Source: Dehalococcoidia bacterium (GTDB taxonomy: Bacteria; Chloroflexota; Dehalococcoidia; Plut-88900). From it: a stretch of 64,000 nt of DNA. Below the pieces are notes generated by a model, which saw only the letters and a program-made list of their open reading frames with translations, searched no databases and had not been told where the DNA came from. Position 1 is the first letter of the stretch; each line of letters starts with the position of its first letter. The DNA lies in NCBI GenBank assembly GCA_965197585.1, contig OZ240215.1, positions 224,001 through 288,000 on the forward strand, in the 5' to 3' direction. Below, piece by piece: positions 28,669 to 39,528 of the stretch. The position numbers and the translations under genes are program-made.

Positions 28669-30344
28669 ATGAGAGAACACGAGGTGCCAACCCACCTGCA
28701 GGCCGAGGACCGGGTGCTGCTGTGGTTCACCTTCCAACAGCTGGTGGCCATCACCGCCGTGGCCGCCCTGTCCTACGGGGCGTACCGCTACGCACCCGTG
28801 GGCCCCTCCGAGGTGAGGATAGTGCTGGCCGTCCTCCTGGGGCTGGCGGGAATGACGATGATCGTGGGAAAGGTGGGAGGCCGGCGGCTGCCCCTGGTGG
28901 CCGCCGACCTCCTCCGGTTCCGGCTGGGTCCCCGGCGCTACGCCGGACCCCTGCCCAGCTGGTGCGCCCCGAAGCGCCGACGCCGGTCAGGACTGCGCCG
29001 AGCCCTCTAACCCTATTGGTCAGGAAGGCCAGACGGATCATCATGCGCCGCCGCAACGGTAGGATGCCCCTCCGTCCCCGCGGCCGTTCCGGCAAGGACC
29101 GCCGCAGGCGCCGGGGGAAGCGCAAGTACCCAAAGCAGGACAGGAAGAAGACCGGGAGAAGCAGGGGCCGGAGGAACCTGCTGGCCGTCCTGGCCGTCGC
29201 CCTTACGGCGGCGGCCGGGGCGGTGTCCCCCGTTGCCCTGGCTGACGACCATCATCCCGAGGGGATCGGCTTCGAGCTGAGGGAGCCCGTCCCCGGAAGA
29301 AGGATATACGTCGAGAGATTGCATGTGTCGGGCGACTCCGCCGGGGTAACCGTCAGGGCCGCCGCTGACATCGACCTGCAGGTGAGAGGCTACGGCGGAC
29401 CCGAGGGCCGGATATCCGTGTTCCGGGCGACGGCCAGGCTGCAGGGGGGAGAGACCAGGAGCTACACATTCCCACTCTCCGGTGACTCGCCTTCCCTCAC
29501 CCTCTCCTGGCGGGACGGGCTGGGGCAGGCGGGCGCTCTCAGCCTGAAGGGAGACCAGATCCCGCACCCCCTGCCCTTTGTTGAGGGAGAGCTTTGCGAC
29601 CTGGAGCTCGATTACCTGCTTTGGACGCCCGGACGGGTGGATGGAGCCATAGATTCCAGCTGCGAGGACTCCGTCGAAGAACCGGTGGCCCTTACGACGG
29701 TGTCCGGGCACGAGAGCGTGACGGTGACGGCGCTGATGGATGCGGATGTCACTGCAGTTGCCGGGACCGTAATAGTCACCGTCGGCGGGGCCCAGGGACC
29801 AGTCCCCTTCGTTCCGAACGGGTTCACTGACTTCCGGGTCAATGTGCCCGCTGGCGAGGCGGTCCACAAGGTCACCTTGCAAGCCGCCCTGGAAGGGGCC
29901 CTGCGGATCGATCTCCCTCCCCTGGTTGCCCTGACCCACCACCCCAAGAGGGACGAGGAGATAACCACGAGAGTCAAGCTGTACCGTCCCGGAACTAGCA
30001 GGACGGTCTCCGAGACGGTGACTGTCTCCCACCCCGACGGGACAACCACCCAGCACGTCATCTCGGCCACCCTGTCCGTACGCGGCACAACGGTGGCCAG
30101 GGACGTGACCGTCACCGTGGAACATGAGGAGCACGTGAGGGCTGAGGTCATGGAACGGGCGCCCCTGGCCCGAACGAGGATAGAGGCCCTGGACATGGCG
30201 TCGACCATCGGCGCCGACGACAGCTTCGAGCTCCTCACCCTGCCCGAGCCGGAGCCCACCCCCGAGCCCGCCGAGCAGACCCCGGCGGACACCGAAGAGC
30301 TGAGGCGCCTGTTCGAGCTGCTGGGCTGGAGGTGGCCGTGGTGA
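28669..30344 (+). CDS. PrgI/VirB3-like protein fused to a large extracytoplasmic beta-rich domain (frameshift at ~28950)
   Basis: MREHEVPTHLQAEDRVLLWFTFQQL PrgI-like start; adding one C in CCCC 28948-28951 joins it to the 28722-30344 frame. Confidence 0.7.
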
Positions 30345-30655
30345 TACGCGTTCTGTGGGTAGTCTTAATGGTGGGTGCGGCGTTTGCCTCCTTGGGCGCG
30401 GGGACAGACATCGAGAAGGGGAACATGCTGCTCAAGTTCGTCGAGGTGGTGGACGCGATGGCCTATGCCGCGGTGGAACTCTGCCTATTTGCCGTCGTCT
30501 GGGCCGGGTTCCTTCTCATGGCCGAGGGAGCCGAAGAGCGGAGCTCGGGCAGGGCCAGGAGCGCAGTGGCCCTGGCTATCACGGGCCTAGTCCTCACGCT
30601 CTCGGCCAAAGGGATAGCCCTGGCCTTGCTGAAGGTCACCCCAACGCTCCCATAG
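30332..30655 (+). CDS. Second pilin-like small membrane protein
   Basis: WAGFLLM...SGRARSAVALAITGLVL pattern like VirB2 pilins. Confidence 0.6.
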   Translation: MAVVIRVLWVVLMVGAAFASLGAGTDIEKGNMLLKFVEVVDAMAYAAVELCLFAVVWAGFLLMAEGAEERSSGRARSAVALAITGLVLTLSAKGIALALLKVTPTLP

Positions 30656-30676
30656 CGGCAAGAAAAGGACAACGAT

Positions 30677-32949
30677 TTGAAATCTATATTTAAGAGATTC
30701 AACAGGACGATTCCCATGCACGGGAGAACGGGGGCCACTGCGGCCCCGAAGAAGAATGCCGCCCCGGCCAAACCGCCCGTCCCCTTGCCATCGTTCTACA
30801 TGCTGTCCCACCTGGAGGAGGAAGGTCCCGTGAGGCTGGACGGGGTCAAGCTGGGCGTCTGCGAGGTGATGGGCCTGGAGCTGGACGAGCCGAGGCTCGG
30901 CTCCTTCGCCGGGGCCCTGAACGCTCTGGACTTCCCCGTCCAGCTTCTTGTCAGGCAGCACCCGCCGGTGCTGGACAGCTTGAGGGAGACCCTCAGGGAG
31001 GCCCAGCCGGAGGACCTGCCGCCGAAGACCGAAGAAGCCGCAAATTCCCTCAGGGGCCTGCTCAGGGACCTCGAGACCCGGGAGGGGGTGCTGGACCGGC
31101 GGTTCTACGTAGTCTGCAAACACGACCGGGCCGACGACGTGGCGTCTCTCCTCTCGCGAGTCGGCCTCTTCGTCCAGCCCCTCAGTGGCCGGACCCTCAG
31201 GATGTTCATCCTCGCATGCGCACTTGGCGGCTCTCCCAGGGACATGGACGAGGACAAGCCGGTGGAGGTGGAGATCAACCGTCGGGAACTGCGCATCGGC
31301 GACAGGCTCACCCGCTCCCTCCACCTGGGCCGCTGGCCCCGCACCCTTGTTCCCGGGTTCCTGCAGGCCCTCATGAACTCGGGCATCCCCATGGACATAT
31401 CCGTCCACCTCGCTCCCATCACGGCTGACCAGGCGGCCCGCACACTGGAGTGGCAGAAGGTGCGCTTCGAATCGGCCCGCTCCATGTCCTTCCGCAAGGG
31501 CCGCAGCCTCTCCCCGGAGGCGGAGATAGCCCTGGAGGACGTCACCCGCCTCAGAGACGACGTTCAGCGGGGCAGGGAGCGTCTCTTCCACTCCTCCCTT
31601 TCCCTGACCCTTCATGCAGACGATCAGAAGAGCTTGAAGGAGATGACCCAGAGGACCAGGGCCCACTTCGCCGCCACCCTGGGCAAGCTGGACACCCTCC
31701 CCTTCCGCCAGAGGGAGGGGCTCCTCTCAACGCTGCCCATCAACCTCAACGCCGTGGCAATGTGGAGGAACCTGGACACCTCCTCCCTGGCCCGGCTGTT
31801 CCCCTTCTCTCCCCCCGACATGGACACCCGCAGCGGCACTCTCTACGGCCTGGACCTGAGGGCCCGGGCGCCCATCGTCTACGACCCGTGGGACGGCACC
31901 CATCTGAACGCCAACACCGCCGTCCTGGCCCGCTCGGGCAGCGGAAAATCCTTCGCCACCAAGCTGGGAGTATTGCGGGGTATATGCCGGGGCATCACCG
32001 CCTACGTCATAGACCCCGAGGGGGAGTACGCCGACATGGCCAGGGCCGCAGGGGGCAGGGTGCTGTCGCCGGGCGTACCGGGCCAGGGCATGAACCCCTT
32101 CGTAATGGACCGGAGGGACTCGGAGGAGCTGCTCCGGCGCATCGGCAGCCTGAGGAGGCTGATAGAGGTGATGGTGGGTGAGAAGCTCGGTGCGGAGCGT
32201 CGCGCTGACCTGGACCACGCCCTGGCCGGCTACTACGCCGAGCCCCGGGAGCGCACCGGGTTCCGTGACTTCTACGGCTATCTGCAGAGCGGGGAGAACG
32301 ATGAGGCCGACCTCGACTCGGGGCAGGCCTTGGCCAGGCTGCTGCGGCCCTTCGCCACGGGCAGCCTCCGCCACATACTCTCCGACGAGGGCGACGACCT
32401 GCTGCACAACGAGGCCCTGGTCACGGTGTTCGACCTGAGGCTCCTTGAGCCCGAGCTCCGGCCCGCCGCCGCCATGGTCTGCACCGAGACGGTGTGGGCC
32501 GCTGCCGCACAGGACCCCAAGCCGAGACTGCTGGTGGTGGACGAGGTGTGGAGCGTCATGCAGCACCCCGAGGGAGCGGCGTTCATGGTCTCCATGGCCA
32601 AGAGGGCCCGCAAGCACCGGCTGGGACTCCAGTTCATAACCCAAGACGTCCAGGACCTGCTCAGCGAGGACACCTCCCGCACCATCACCGGTCACTCGGG
32701 CAGGGCGCTGCTGCAGAACGCCGCCTTCAAGCTGCTGCTCCAGCAGGACGCCGCGGCCATATCCACGGTGGGTGAGGCCTTCGACCTGCCCCAGGACCTT
32801 CAGAAATGGCTTCTGTCCTGTCCCAGGGTGACGGGCTCCTGCTGGCCAGGGGCAACCGGTTCCCGGTGCGCATAGAGGCAACGGCGGAGGAGGCGGAGAT
32901 CATCGAGTGGAGGCCAGGACGCCACCAGAGAAAGGACCATCATCTATGA
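30677..32949 (+). CDS. VirB4-like conjugation ATPase (frameshift at ~32826)
   Basis: Walker A ARSGSGKS, IDPEGEY, Walker B LVVDEVW, RARKH, ITQD; one extra G gives CPRGDGLLLARGNRFPVRIEA ending in an ATGA overlap with the next gene. Confidence 0.9.
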
Positions 32950-35444
32950 GACTGAAACCGAAGAAAATCCCGTTTGAGAACGCCAAAGACGAGAAAGGCC
33001 CCATCCTGCTGGCGGTGACGCCGCCTCGCACTGGTGAGCGCACCCTGCTGGGTGTTGAGAACCTGCTCCAGTCCATCGCCGTTCCCGAGCCCTTCTCGCT
33101 GGAACTGGCGGGGGACATGGACGGCGTGACGCTTATGGCCCGCTGCTTCGATGACCAGGTGGTGCGCGGTCAACTGTCCGCCCACTATCCCCAGGCCCGC
33201 ATCCGGAATGTGCACACCGGCGACGACCCGCTGCACCTCAACGAGGGGGAGCAGGCGTGGTCGATCACGCTGCGGGCCAACGGCCCCGAATACCTCCCGC
33301 TGCGCACCTTCCGCGACGACGACCTGCTCGACCCCGGCTCCGATCCCCTGATAGCCCTGATGGGCGCTCTCTCCGAGTTGGAGCACGGGGAGCGCGTAGT
33401 GGCGCGTCTATTGCTGCGGTCCCTCGGACCCGACTGGTCGCAGGCCCACATGGACAAGGCCCAAAATAAGCCCGGCTACGGGCCGAGGGAGTCCTCCCAG
33501 ACCTATCAGGGCGGAACGTTGCAGATCGACGGCGTGACGATGGCCTTCCTGAGCATCGGCGCGCTAGCCGCCCTCAAGGGTTACATGTGGGTGCAGGACG
33601 GCGAGATATGGAAGACCGCGCTCCTGGGCGTCGGCACGGTCCTGGGGATGGCCGCAGGTGGCTGGGCGTGGCAGCGGTGGAAGAAAGCACGAAGCGGCGC
33701 CGATGACCCGACCCTGGTAAGGGAGAAGGTCTCCCGAATCGCCTTCGAGGCGGAACTGCAGATCGTCGCCGTGCTGCCCGAGGACACCCGGGCCCAGCGG
33801 GCGAAAGAGCTCCTTGGGCCGGTGGCCGCCGCCTACCGCCACTTCGACAACCCCGCAGGAGCGCGGTTCAAGGTCGGCAAGGTCAGGCCCTCGATACCCG
33901 ACACGGCGACACTGCATCCGGCGGGCCCCGGCCTGCTCGGCAGGCGCAGCGTCCTGGGCGTCCGCGAAGTGGCTTGCCTGTGGCACCCGCCCGGGGCAGG
34001 GGACGAGACGCCCCTGGTGGAGCGATCCGGCGCCAGGGCGCTCCTGCCATCGGCCAAGGGCGTCAGGGGCGGCGCTCTAGTTGGGGACACCACGGCCGGC
34101 AAGCCCAGGCCCATCCGCTTCCCCGACGACCTGCTGAGGCGTCACCACCTCTACGTGGCGAGAACGCGCATGGGCAAGTCCACTCTCATGCACCACATCG
34201 TCGTCCATAAGATGCGGGAGAAGGCCGAGGGCAGGGACGGCGACGCCATAGTTGTCGTAGATCCCCACGCCGACCTGGTGGCGGGGCTGATGGAGCACGT
34301 CCCGGAGTCTCTCATTGACCGCGTGCGACTCATCGACCTTGCCGACTACACGAGGGTGCCGGGCATCAATCTGCTGGACACCCGCATCTTCTCCGACCGC
34401 GACCGCACCGCCGACTCGGTGGTGCGGGTTGCGAGAGGCCTGTGGGAGCAGTGGGGGCCGAGGATGCAGTCCATCCTCGAGCAGACCGTCAAGACCCTGC
34501 ACGAGGCCAACGAGCACCCCTCAACCGACGTGGGCAGCCAGCACACCGTCCTCGACGGGCTGAAGCTCCTGTCCGATAGGAAGTTCCGGTCCGAGGTCCT
34601 CAAGAAGGTCGAGGATCCGTACCTGCTTGAGTGGTGGGCCAGGGACTTTGGAAGCTGGCACCACCAGTACCGTGCCGAGGCCCTTGCCCCGGTCCAGACC
34701 AGGCTCTCCTACTACGCAACCTCCAAGCGGGCGCGAGCCATCCTCGGGCAGCGCCGCTCAACCATCGACATGCGGGAGACTATCCTGAACGGCGGTGTCC
34801 TGCTGGTGTCCACCGCTCAGGGTGTGGTGGGCAAGGATGTGGCGGCCCTGGTGGGCGCGTCCCTTCTCAATCTGGTCGATTCGGTCATCCGCGAACAAGG
34901 AGGCATAGCCATCAGGGAGCGGCGGGGAGCGCTGGTGGTCGTCGACGAGATGCAGTCGATGCCCGGCGTGGACTACGAGTCGATGCTCAGCGAGCTGGGC
35001 AAGTTCGGGGCTTCCTTCATCCTGGCCACCCAGAGCCTGGCCAAGCTGGACGACCTTTCCCGCACCATGCAGGACACCCTTCTGGCCAACGTCGGCTGTC
35101 TGGCCGTCTTCCAGGTGGCAGGCAACGACGCACGCCAGCTGGTGTGGGAGCTGGACAAGGACCGCGTGTCCGAGGGCGACATCGTGTCCTTGCCGGTGCA
35201 CCACTGCTACGTGCGCGCCACCGTCGGCAAGGAGCGGATGCCCGCCTTCTCGATGATGGTCAGAAAGCCGGAGCCGGGAGAGCCCGGCGTCGCACTCCGT
35301 ATCCGCGAGGCGGTGGCCGCCTACACCCTGTCTGCCCAGGACATCCATTTCACCGAAGCCCCCGCCCAGAAGAAGGTGCGGGACTTCAGGGACCGGGCCG
35401 AGGACCTGGAGAGCAACGAGGCGGAGCAGGAGGTGGAACAGTGA
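32946..35444 (+). CDS. VirD4/TraD-like type IV coupling protein
   Basis: HLYVARTRMGKS, VVDPHAD, VVVDEMQ, LATQSLA, NVGCLAVFQ; two TMs. Confidence 0.88.
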   Translation: MRLKPKKIPFENAKDEKGPILLAVTPPRTGERTLLGVENLLQSIAVPEPFSLELAGDMDGVTLMARCFDDQVVRGQLSAHYPQARIRNVHTGDDPLHLNEGEQAWSITLRANGPEYLPLRTFRDDDLLDPGSDPLIALMGALSELEHGERVVARLLLRSLGPDWSQAHMDKAQNKPGYGPRESSQTYQGGTLQIDGVTMAFLSIGALAALKGYMWVQDGEIWKTALLGVGTVLGMAAGGWAWQRWKKARSGADDPTLVREKVSRIAFEAELQIVAVLPEDTRAQRAKELLGPVAAAYRHFDNPAGARFKVGKVRPSIPDTATLHPAGPGLLGRRSVLGVREVACLWHPPGAGDETPLVERSGARALLPSAKGVRGGALVGDTTAGKPRPIRFPDDLLRRHHLYVARTRMGKSTLMHHIVVHKMREKAEGRDGDAIVVVDPHADLVAGLMEHVPESLIDRVRLIDLADYTRVPGINLLDTRIFSDRDRTADSVVRVARGLWEQWGPRMQSILEQTVKTLHEANEHPSTDVGSQHTVLDGLKLLSDRKFRSEVLKKVEDPYLLEWWARDFGSWHHQYRAEALAPVQTRLSYYATSKRARAILGQRRSTIDMRETILNGGVLLVSTAQGVVGKDVAALVGASLLNLVDSVIREQGGIAIRERRGALVVVDEMQSMPGVDYESMLSELGKFGASFILATQSLAKLDDLSRTMQDTLLANVGCLAVFQVAGNDARQLVWELDKDRVSEGDIVSLPVHHCYVRATVGKERMPAFSMMVRKPEPGEPGVALRIREAVAAYTLSAQDIHFTEAPAQKKVRDFRDRAEDLESNEAEQEVEQ

Positions 35445-37090
35445 GAACCGAAGGATGTGAGGCCGACCTGCTCCGCGCCCTAGCGTCGATGCCCTTCCTG
35501 GACCGGACGGAGATGGTTGCCGTCTCCGGCTGGTCTAGGGGGGCGGTCTACGAAGCCGTGGAAAAGCTGGATAGGGGCGGCTTCTGCGACGCCGTGACTC
35601 ACACCGCCGACTTCTCTTCCCCGACCGAGAGGTACTACCTCACGGCAGAGGGGTTGAAGCGGCTCGCCGGGGAAGAGGACATGTCTCTCGATGAAATCCT
35701 GCGCTCCCGCCCTGTCTCTGCGCAGTGGCGGCGCAGCCTGATGGAGCGTCTCGACGCCCTGGCAACCGTTTACCTTCTGGCCGGCGCCCTCGCCGCAGTC
35801 GCATATCCCATACGGTTCCGCTGGTACCGGTCCTCGTCCCTCGACGCTGCGGTCGCCCTTCCGGATGGGCGCACCGTCGGAATCGTCCGGCGAGGAAACA
35901 CGTCCGACAGGTCGGCATTCTCCAATCGCATGTGGAGGCTGCGCGGTACTGCACTTCCAGGAGCCGTGCTGATCCTCATGCCCGACCCCGTGCGGCTGAG
36001 ACACTCCCGCAGGATGCTGGAGGGCTTCCCCGTGCCAGCCTTCCTCGCCGTGGAGAGCGAGGTGGTGGCGGCGCCGGACGGACCGGTGTGGAGCCCCCAC
36101 GCCGTGCGGGCCGACATCGACCTGCGCTCGGCCCTGGAAGGGATAGATAAGATGGGGCCCCTTCCGGAAGAGGCAGCGGTGGAGCGGGCATCGCTACCCT
36201 CTGACTTCAACGTCCAGGGGCGGGGATGGGACATATCCGACTACATGCTGCCAGTCATACTAAAGGCCACCGAGAAGCGGGCCGTCGAGCTGGTGGCCGA
36301 CTGGCCCTGGATCGCTCTCTCGGAACTCGCCGGGCTGATGGGTGTCTCCCATCAGAGGGCCTCCCAGCTTGTTATCCCCCTGGAATTCTACAAGCTTGTG
36401 GTCCGCCCACGCGATGCGGGCGGACGCCTGGCCCCTACCGACCGGGGACTGGCCCTCCTAGCCCGCAGAGACCGCACCTCCGTCGGCCTGGCCAAGAGGC
36501 GGTGGAGCGCCGCCCCTCTGTTCACCGCCGACAGTTATGAGTGGACAGGCGTCACCGGCAGAAGGACACGCCAACTGCTCTGGAACATCGAACACACTGC
36601 CGCCGTCCACGACTTCCTTGCCCACCTCACAGCCCAGGCGGCTTTGTTAGGCTGGCAGGCCTCCCAGCTCGACCCACCCAAGAGGGCCTCCCGCTACTTC
36701 AAGCACGGCGACGGGATCCGCTCGGTACATCCGGATGCCTTCGGCATCCTCAGAAAAGGAGAGACAACCTGGTCTTTCTTCCTGGAGTGGGAGAGGCGAG
36801 CCGTGCGCCCGACAACCATGTCGGAGCGGCTCGCCCCCTATCTGCGCTACTACTCATCTCACAGGCCCACCGACGACCACGGCACTCGGCCCGACGTCCT
36901 GGTTGTCTTCGACGACGAGATCGCAGCGACCCACTTCCTGCGCGTGGCAAGGGAGGAGATGCAGGCGAAAGGTACGACCGTACCCCTTTGGGTCTCCCAC
37001 AGGGTCGCCACAGAGGAGCTGGGGCCGCTGGGATGCGCCTGGCGTGCCCCCGGTGACTGGGACTCACCCAGGGCCATGCCGCCGCAGTGA
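35441..37090 (+). CDS. Replication-relaxation (Replic_Relax/MOBC-like) relaxase, tandem two-module form
   Basis: GGAGG + GTG overlapping the VirD4 stop; EHTAAVHDF, HPDAFG, FFLEWER, YLRYY motifs. Confidence 0.75.
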   Translation: MRTEGCEADLLRALASMPFLDRTEMVAVSGWSRGAVYEAVEKLDRGGFCDAVTHTADFSSPTERYYLTAEGLKRLAGEEDMSLDEILRSRPVSAQWRRSLMERLDALATVYLLAGALAAVAYPIRFRWYRSSSLDAAVALPDGRTVGIVRRGNTSDRSAFSNRMWRLRGTALPGAVLILMPDPVRLRHSRRMLEGFPVPAFLAVESEVVAAPDGPVWSPHAVRADIDLRSALEGIDKMGPLPEEAAVERASLPSDFNVQGRGWDISDYMLPVILKATEKRAVELVADWPWIALSELAGLMGVSHQRASQLVIPLEFYKLVVRPRDAGGRLAPTDRGLALLARRDRTSVGLAKRRWSAAPLFTADSYEWTGVTGRRTRQLLWNIEHTAAVHDFLAHLTAQAALLGWQASQLDPPKRASRYFKHGDGIRSVHPDAFGILRKGETTWSFFLEWERRAVRPTTMSERLAPYLRYYSSHRPTDDHGTRPDVLVVFDDEIAATHFLRVAREEMQAKGTTVPLWVSHRVATEELGPLGCAWRAPGDWDSPRAMPPQ

Positions 37091-37158
37091 CCAATTAGTG
37101 ACGGAGGAGAATGTCGTATAGTCCTGCGCCCTCGTTCTGCGAGGGCGAGGGAATAGCC

Positions 37159-37440
37159 ATGCGTTCGCGAAACACCGACAAGCGAAAAAGTCCCCGGAAG
37201 CGTGGAGGACGGACTGTTGTCCGGCTCGATACGGCGGCCCTCTGGAGGCGGCTCACCCTGTTGAACCGTTCCCAGAACTGGCTCGCCAGGGAGGTCGGGG
37301 TCAGCCCCGGATACATGTCGATGCTGGTCAATGGGGGGCGCTCACCCTCCGGGCGCATCCGCCGCCGGATGCAAATGGCTCTCGGCGTGAACGACTTCAA
37401 CCAACTGTTTACTTTGGAGGTGACGGATGAACAGCTCTAA
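37159..37440 (+). CDS. XRE-family HTH regulator
   Basis: SQNWLAREVGVSPGYMSMLVNGGRSPS. Confidence 0.85.
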   Translation: MRSRNTDKRKSPRKRGGRTVVRLDTAALWRRLTLLNRSQNWLAREVGVSPGYMSMLVNGGRSPSGRIRRRMQMALGVNDFNQLFTLEVTDEQL

Positions 37441-37759
37441 CACAAAATTATGCTTCGATGGCCACACGCACCGAAGCGCCGCTGATGGCAGCGACCTGTC
37501 CTACCTGGGCGGCGTTCTGCCTCAGGACTTCCCGGAGCGCCTCGAAGGACTAAAGGAGGCCAGCGGCCTCTCCTGGGGTGCGATGGCCAGGTCCATCGGA
37601 GTGGACCGCAAGCAGCTGATGAGGTGGCGCAAGAAGGGCACTGAACCGTGCGGAGGGGCGATGCACGCCATCTTCCGCTTCGCAATCCGGATGCCCGACG
37701 GCCTGGCCATCCTCATGAGCGAGAGATTCGAGAAAACCCTCTTTAGGGAGGGACGCTAG
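37427..37759 (+). CDS. XRE-like HTH protein
   Basis: LKEASGLSWGAMARSIGVDRKQLMRWRKKGTEP; RBS GGAGG. Confidence 0.75.
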   Translation: MNSSNTKLCFDGHTHRSAADGSDLSYLGGVLPQDFPERLEGLKEASGLSWGAMARSIGVDRKQLMRWRKKGTEPCGGAMHAIFRFAIRMPDGLAILMSERFEKTLFREGR

Positions 37760-37944
37760 ATGCACGGCCCTGCCGGGCGCATGGCGCAACGGCGGCACGG
37801 CGGGGCCGGTTAGAGACGGCTACCGGGCATTCACCCCATCCGTCGGTGCCCGGGGCCAAGCACAGACTTTTGACCTGGGCCAAAGGCCTGACGAGTTACT
37901 AAAAGACCAATACTTTGCTACCACGAATCGGAGGACATGAAGAA

Positions 37945-38178
37945 ATGATGACAATACATGACAGACTGCTGAGGCGTCGACAGGTTGAGGAAATCACGGG
38001 CATGAGCCGCTCGTCGATCTATCGGCTGATGCAGGACGGTGAATTCCCCCGGCCCGTAAGGATCGGCCCTGCCGCCGTCAGGTGGAGGTCGAGCGATATC
38101 ACGGCATGGTTGGAGTCACGGCCGGTTACCAGGAGTGAATTTGACCCGCCGAATTCGGCCTGGAAGCGGCCTTCATAA
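37945..38178 (+). CDS. alpA: AlpA-family excisionase/regulator
   Basis: LLRRRQVEEITGMSRSSIYRLMQDGEFPRPVRIG..VRW. Confidence 0.92.
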   Translation: MMTIHDRLLRRRQVEEITGMSRSSIYRLMQDGEFPRPVRIGPAAVRWRSSDITAWLESRPVTRSEFDPPNSAWKRPS

Positions 38179-38220
38179 CCGAATACCCAGTTTGGCAGAG
38201 ATGCTCCGGTGTTCTTGAGA

Positions 38221-39369
38221 TCAGCCGGCGAGGTAGTCCGCCCACATTTGCATCAGCGCTCGACGGCGTTCGAACAGATCTGACCTCGCGTAGGCCTGCT
38301 CGGTCGAGTTACCCAGGCTGTGGGCAAGAGCTGCCTCGGATACGACCCAGGGGGTGTCCGTTTGCTCCAGCGTCCAGTTCTTGAAGCTGCTGCGGAACCC
38401 GTGTACGGTGGCATGCTCCGCCAGGCCGACGGAACGGAGGATCTTGGTCAGCGTCATGTCGGACATCGGAGCTCCCTGTTTCAGCGGTGAAGGGAACACC
38501 ACACCTGAGTCCTCCCGCAGAGCAGATGCTTCTCCGAGAGCTTCGAGGGCTTGGTCACTAAGAGGCACCCGGTGTTCCACTCCCGCTTTCATCCGATCAG
38601 CGGGAATCCGCCACACCAGGTCCCCGGGGTCGATCTCGTCCCAGGTAGCGCCCCTGGCTTCACCGGAGCGCGCCGCCGTGAGAACCAGGAATCGGAAGCA
38701 CAACTTGGCGGACATTGAGGCCTGGGATGCCGCAACCGTCTCAAGTGCTGACCCGACTTCCTGATAGGGCAACGCCCTGAAGTGTGCCTTCACCTTTGGC
38801 ATAGGAGGCAAGGCGCCGTCGATGGCTTCGCCCGCCGGATTGGAATCAATGAAGCCGTGCGCCATAGCCCACCTGAAGACGGTCCTCATCCGTTGACGGA
38901 CCCGACGGGCCGTCTCCGGCCGGGTCGTCCATATCGGGGTGAGGACCTGCAGCACATCTCCGCGGCCTATCCGATCCAAGGATGTGTTGTTCAACGACGG
39001 CATAGCGTGACGTTCCAAAGTCTGAATCCAGCCTGCAGCGTGCCTGGGATTGTGCCAGCGGGGTTTGTTAGCCTCATGGACGGTATATGCGGCTTCCCTG
39101 AAGGTCGGCATCGCGGGCGCGTGCTTTTCGGCCACGGGGTCCCGTCCCTCTTTGAAAGCTGTTCGATATTCCGCTGCCTTTTCCCGGGCTCGAGCCAGGC
39201 TCACGGACGGGTATCCTCCCAGGCCAATATCTCGTCGTCGGCCGTCAACGGTGATGCGCAGCACCCACGATTTTCGCCCCGCTTTACTGATGAAGAGGTG
39301 GAGCCCACCACCATCGGAGTACCGCCCCGGTGCGTTCAGTGCCTTGACCCGTGTTGCCGAAAGTGTCAA
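38221..39369 (-). CDS. int: P4-type tyrosine integrase
   Basis: Arm-binding N-terminus (YSDGGGLHL, IGLGGYPSVSLARAR); catalytic R (ARSGE), HGFR, LAH, Y (AYARSD). Confidence 0.96.
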   Translation of the reverse strand: MTLSATRVKALNAPGRYSDGGGLHLFISKAGRKSWVLRITVDGRRRDIGLGGYPSVSLARAREKAAEYRTAFKEGRDPVAEKHAPAMPTFREAAYTVHEANKPRWHNPRHAAGWIQTLERHAMPSLNNTSLDRIGRGDVLQVLTPIWTTRPETARRVRQRMRTVFRWAMAHGFIDSNPAGEAIDGALPPMPKVKAHFRALPYQEVGSALETVAASQASMSAKLCFRFLVLTAARSGEARGATWDEIDPGDLVWRIPADRMKAGVEHRVPLSDQALEALGEASALREDSGVVFPSPLKQGAPMSDMTLTKILRSVGLAEHATVHGFRSSFKNWTLEQTDTPWVVSEAALAHSLGNSTEQAYARSDLFERRRALMQMWADYLAG

Positions 39370-39389
39370 ATATGCCTCCGTTTCTCATT

Positions 39390-39413
39390 AAATGTTCCCA
39401 CAAATATTACCAC
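39390..39413. promoter_or_regulatory. Probable integrase arm-type binding sites
   Basis: Tandem 12-mers AAATGTTCCCAC / AAATATTACCAC between integrase and tRNA. Confidence 0.5.
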
Positions 39414-39528
39414 ACTTGAGGCGAGACACCAAAGGAAAAATGCGGTGTTACTGGGTACCTGAAAGGTGCATATTAGCTACGATACAGGTGGGATATGGGT
39501 AAACTGGGGTCAAGCATATAAGTGATAT

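Larger units (their letters stand above)
22073..39528. mobile_element. ICE backbone integrated at tRNA-Ser 3' end; cargo probably extends to or past the left window edge
   Basis: Integrase next to tRNA 3' end, AlpA, relaxase, T4CP, VirB4/VirB6/pilins, primase; no second tRNA-3' repeat seen in the window. Confidence 0.85.

Noticed and set aside
34631-35440. N-terminal 270-aa extension of the 819-aa ORF
   Set aside because: Overlaps VirD4 out of frame; RBS + GTG at 35441 gives a better start
37760-37915. Hairpin CCGGGCAT...GTGCCCGG as oriT
   Set aside because: Plausible position, but no recognisable nick-site consensus; cannot be supported from sequence alone
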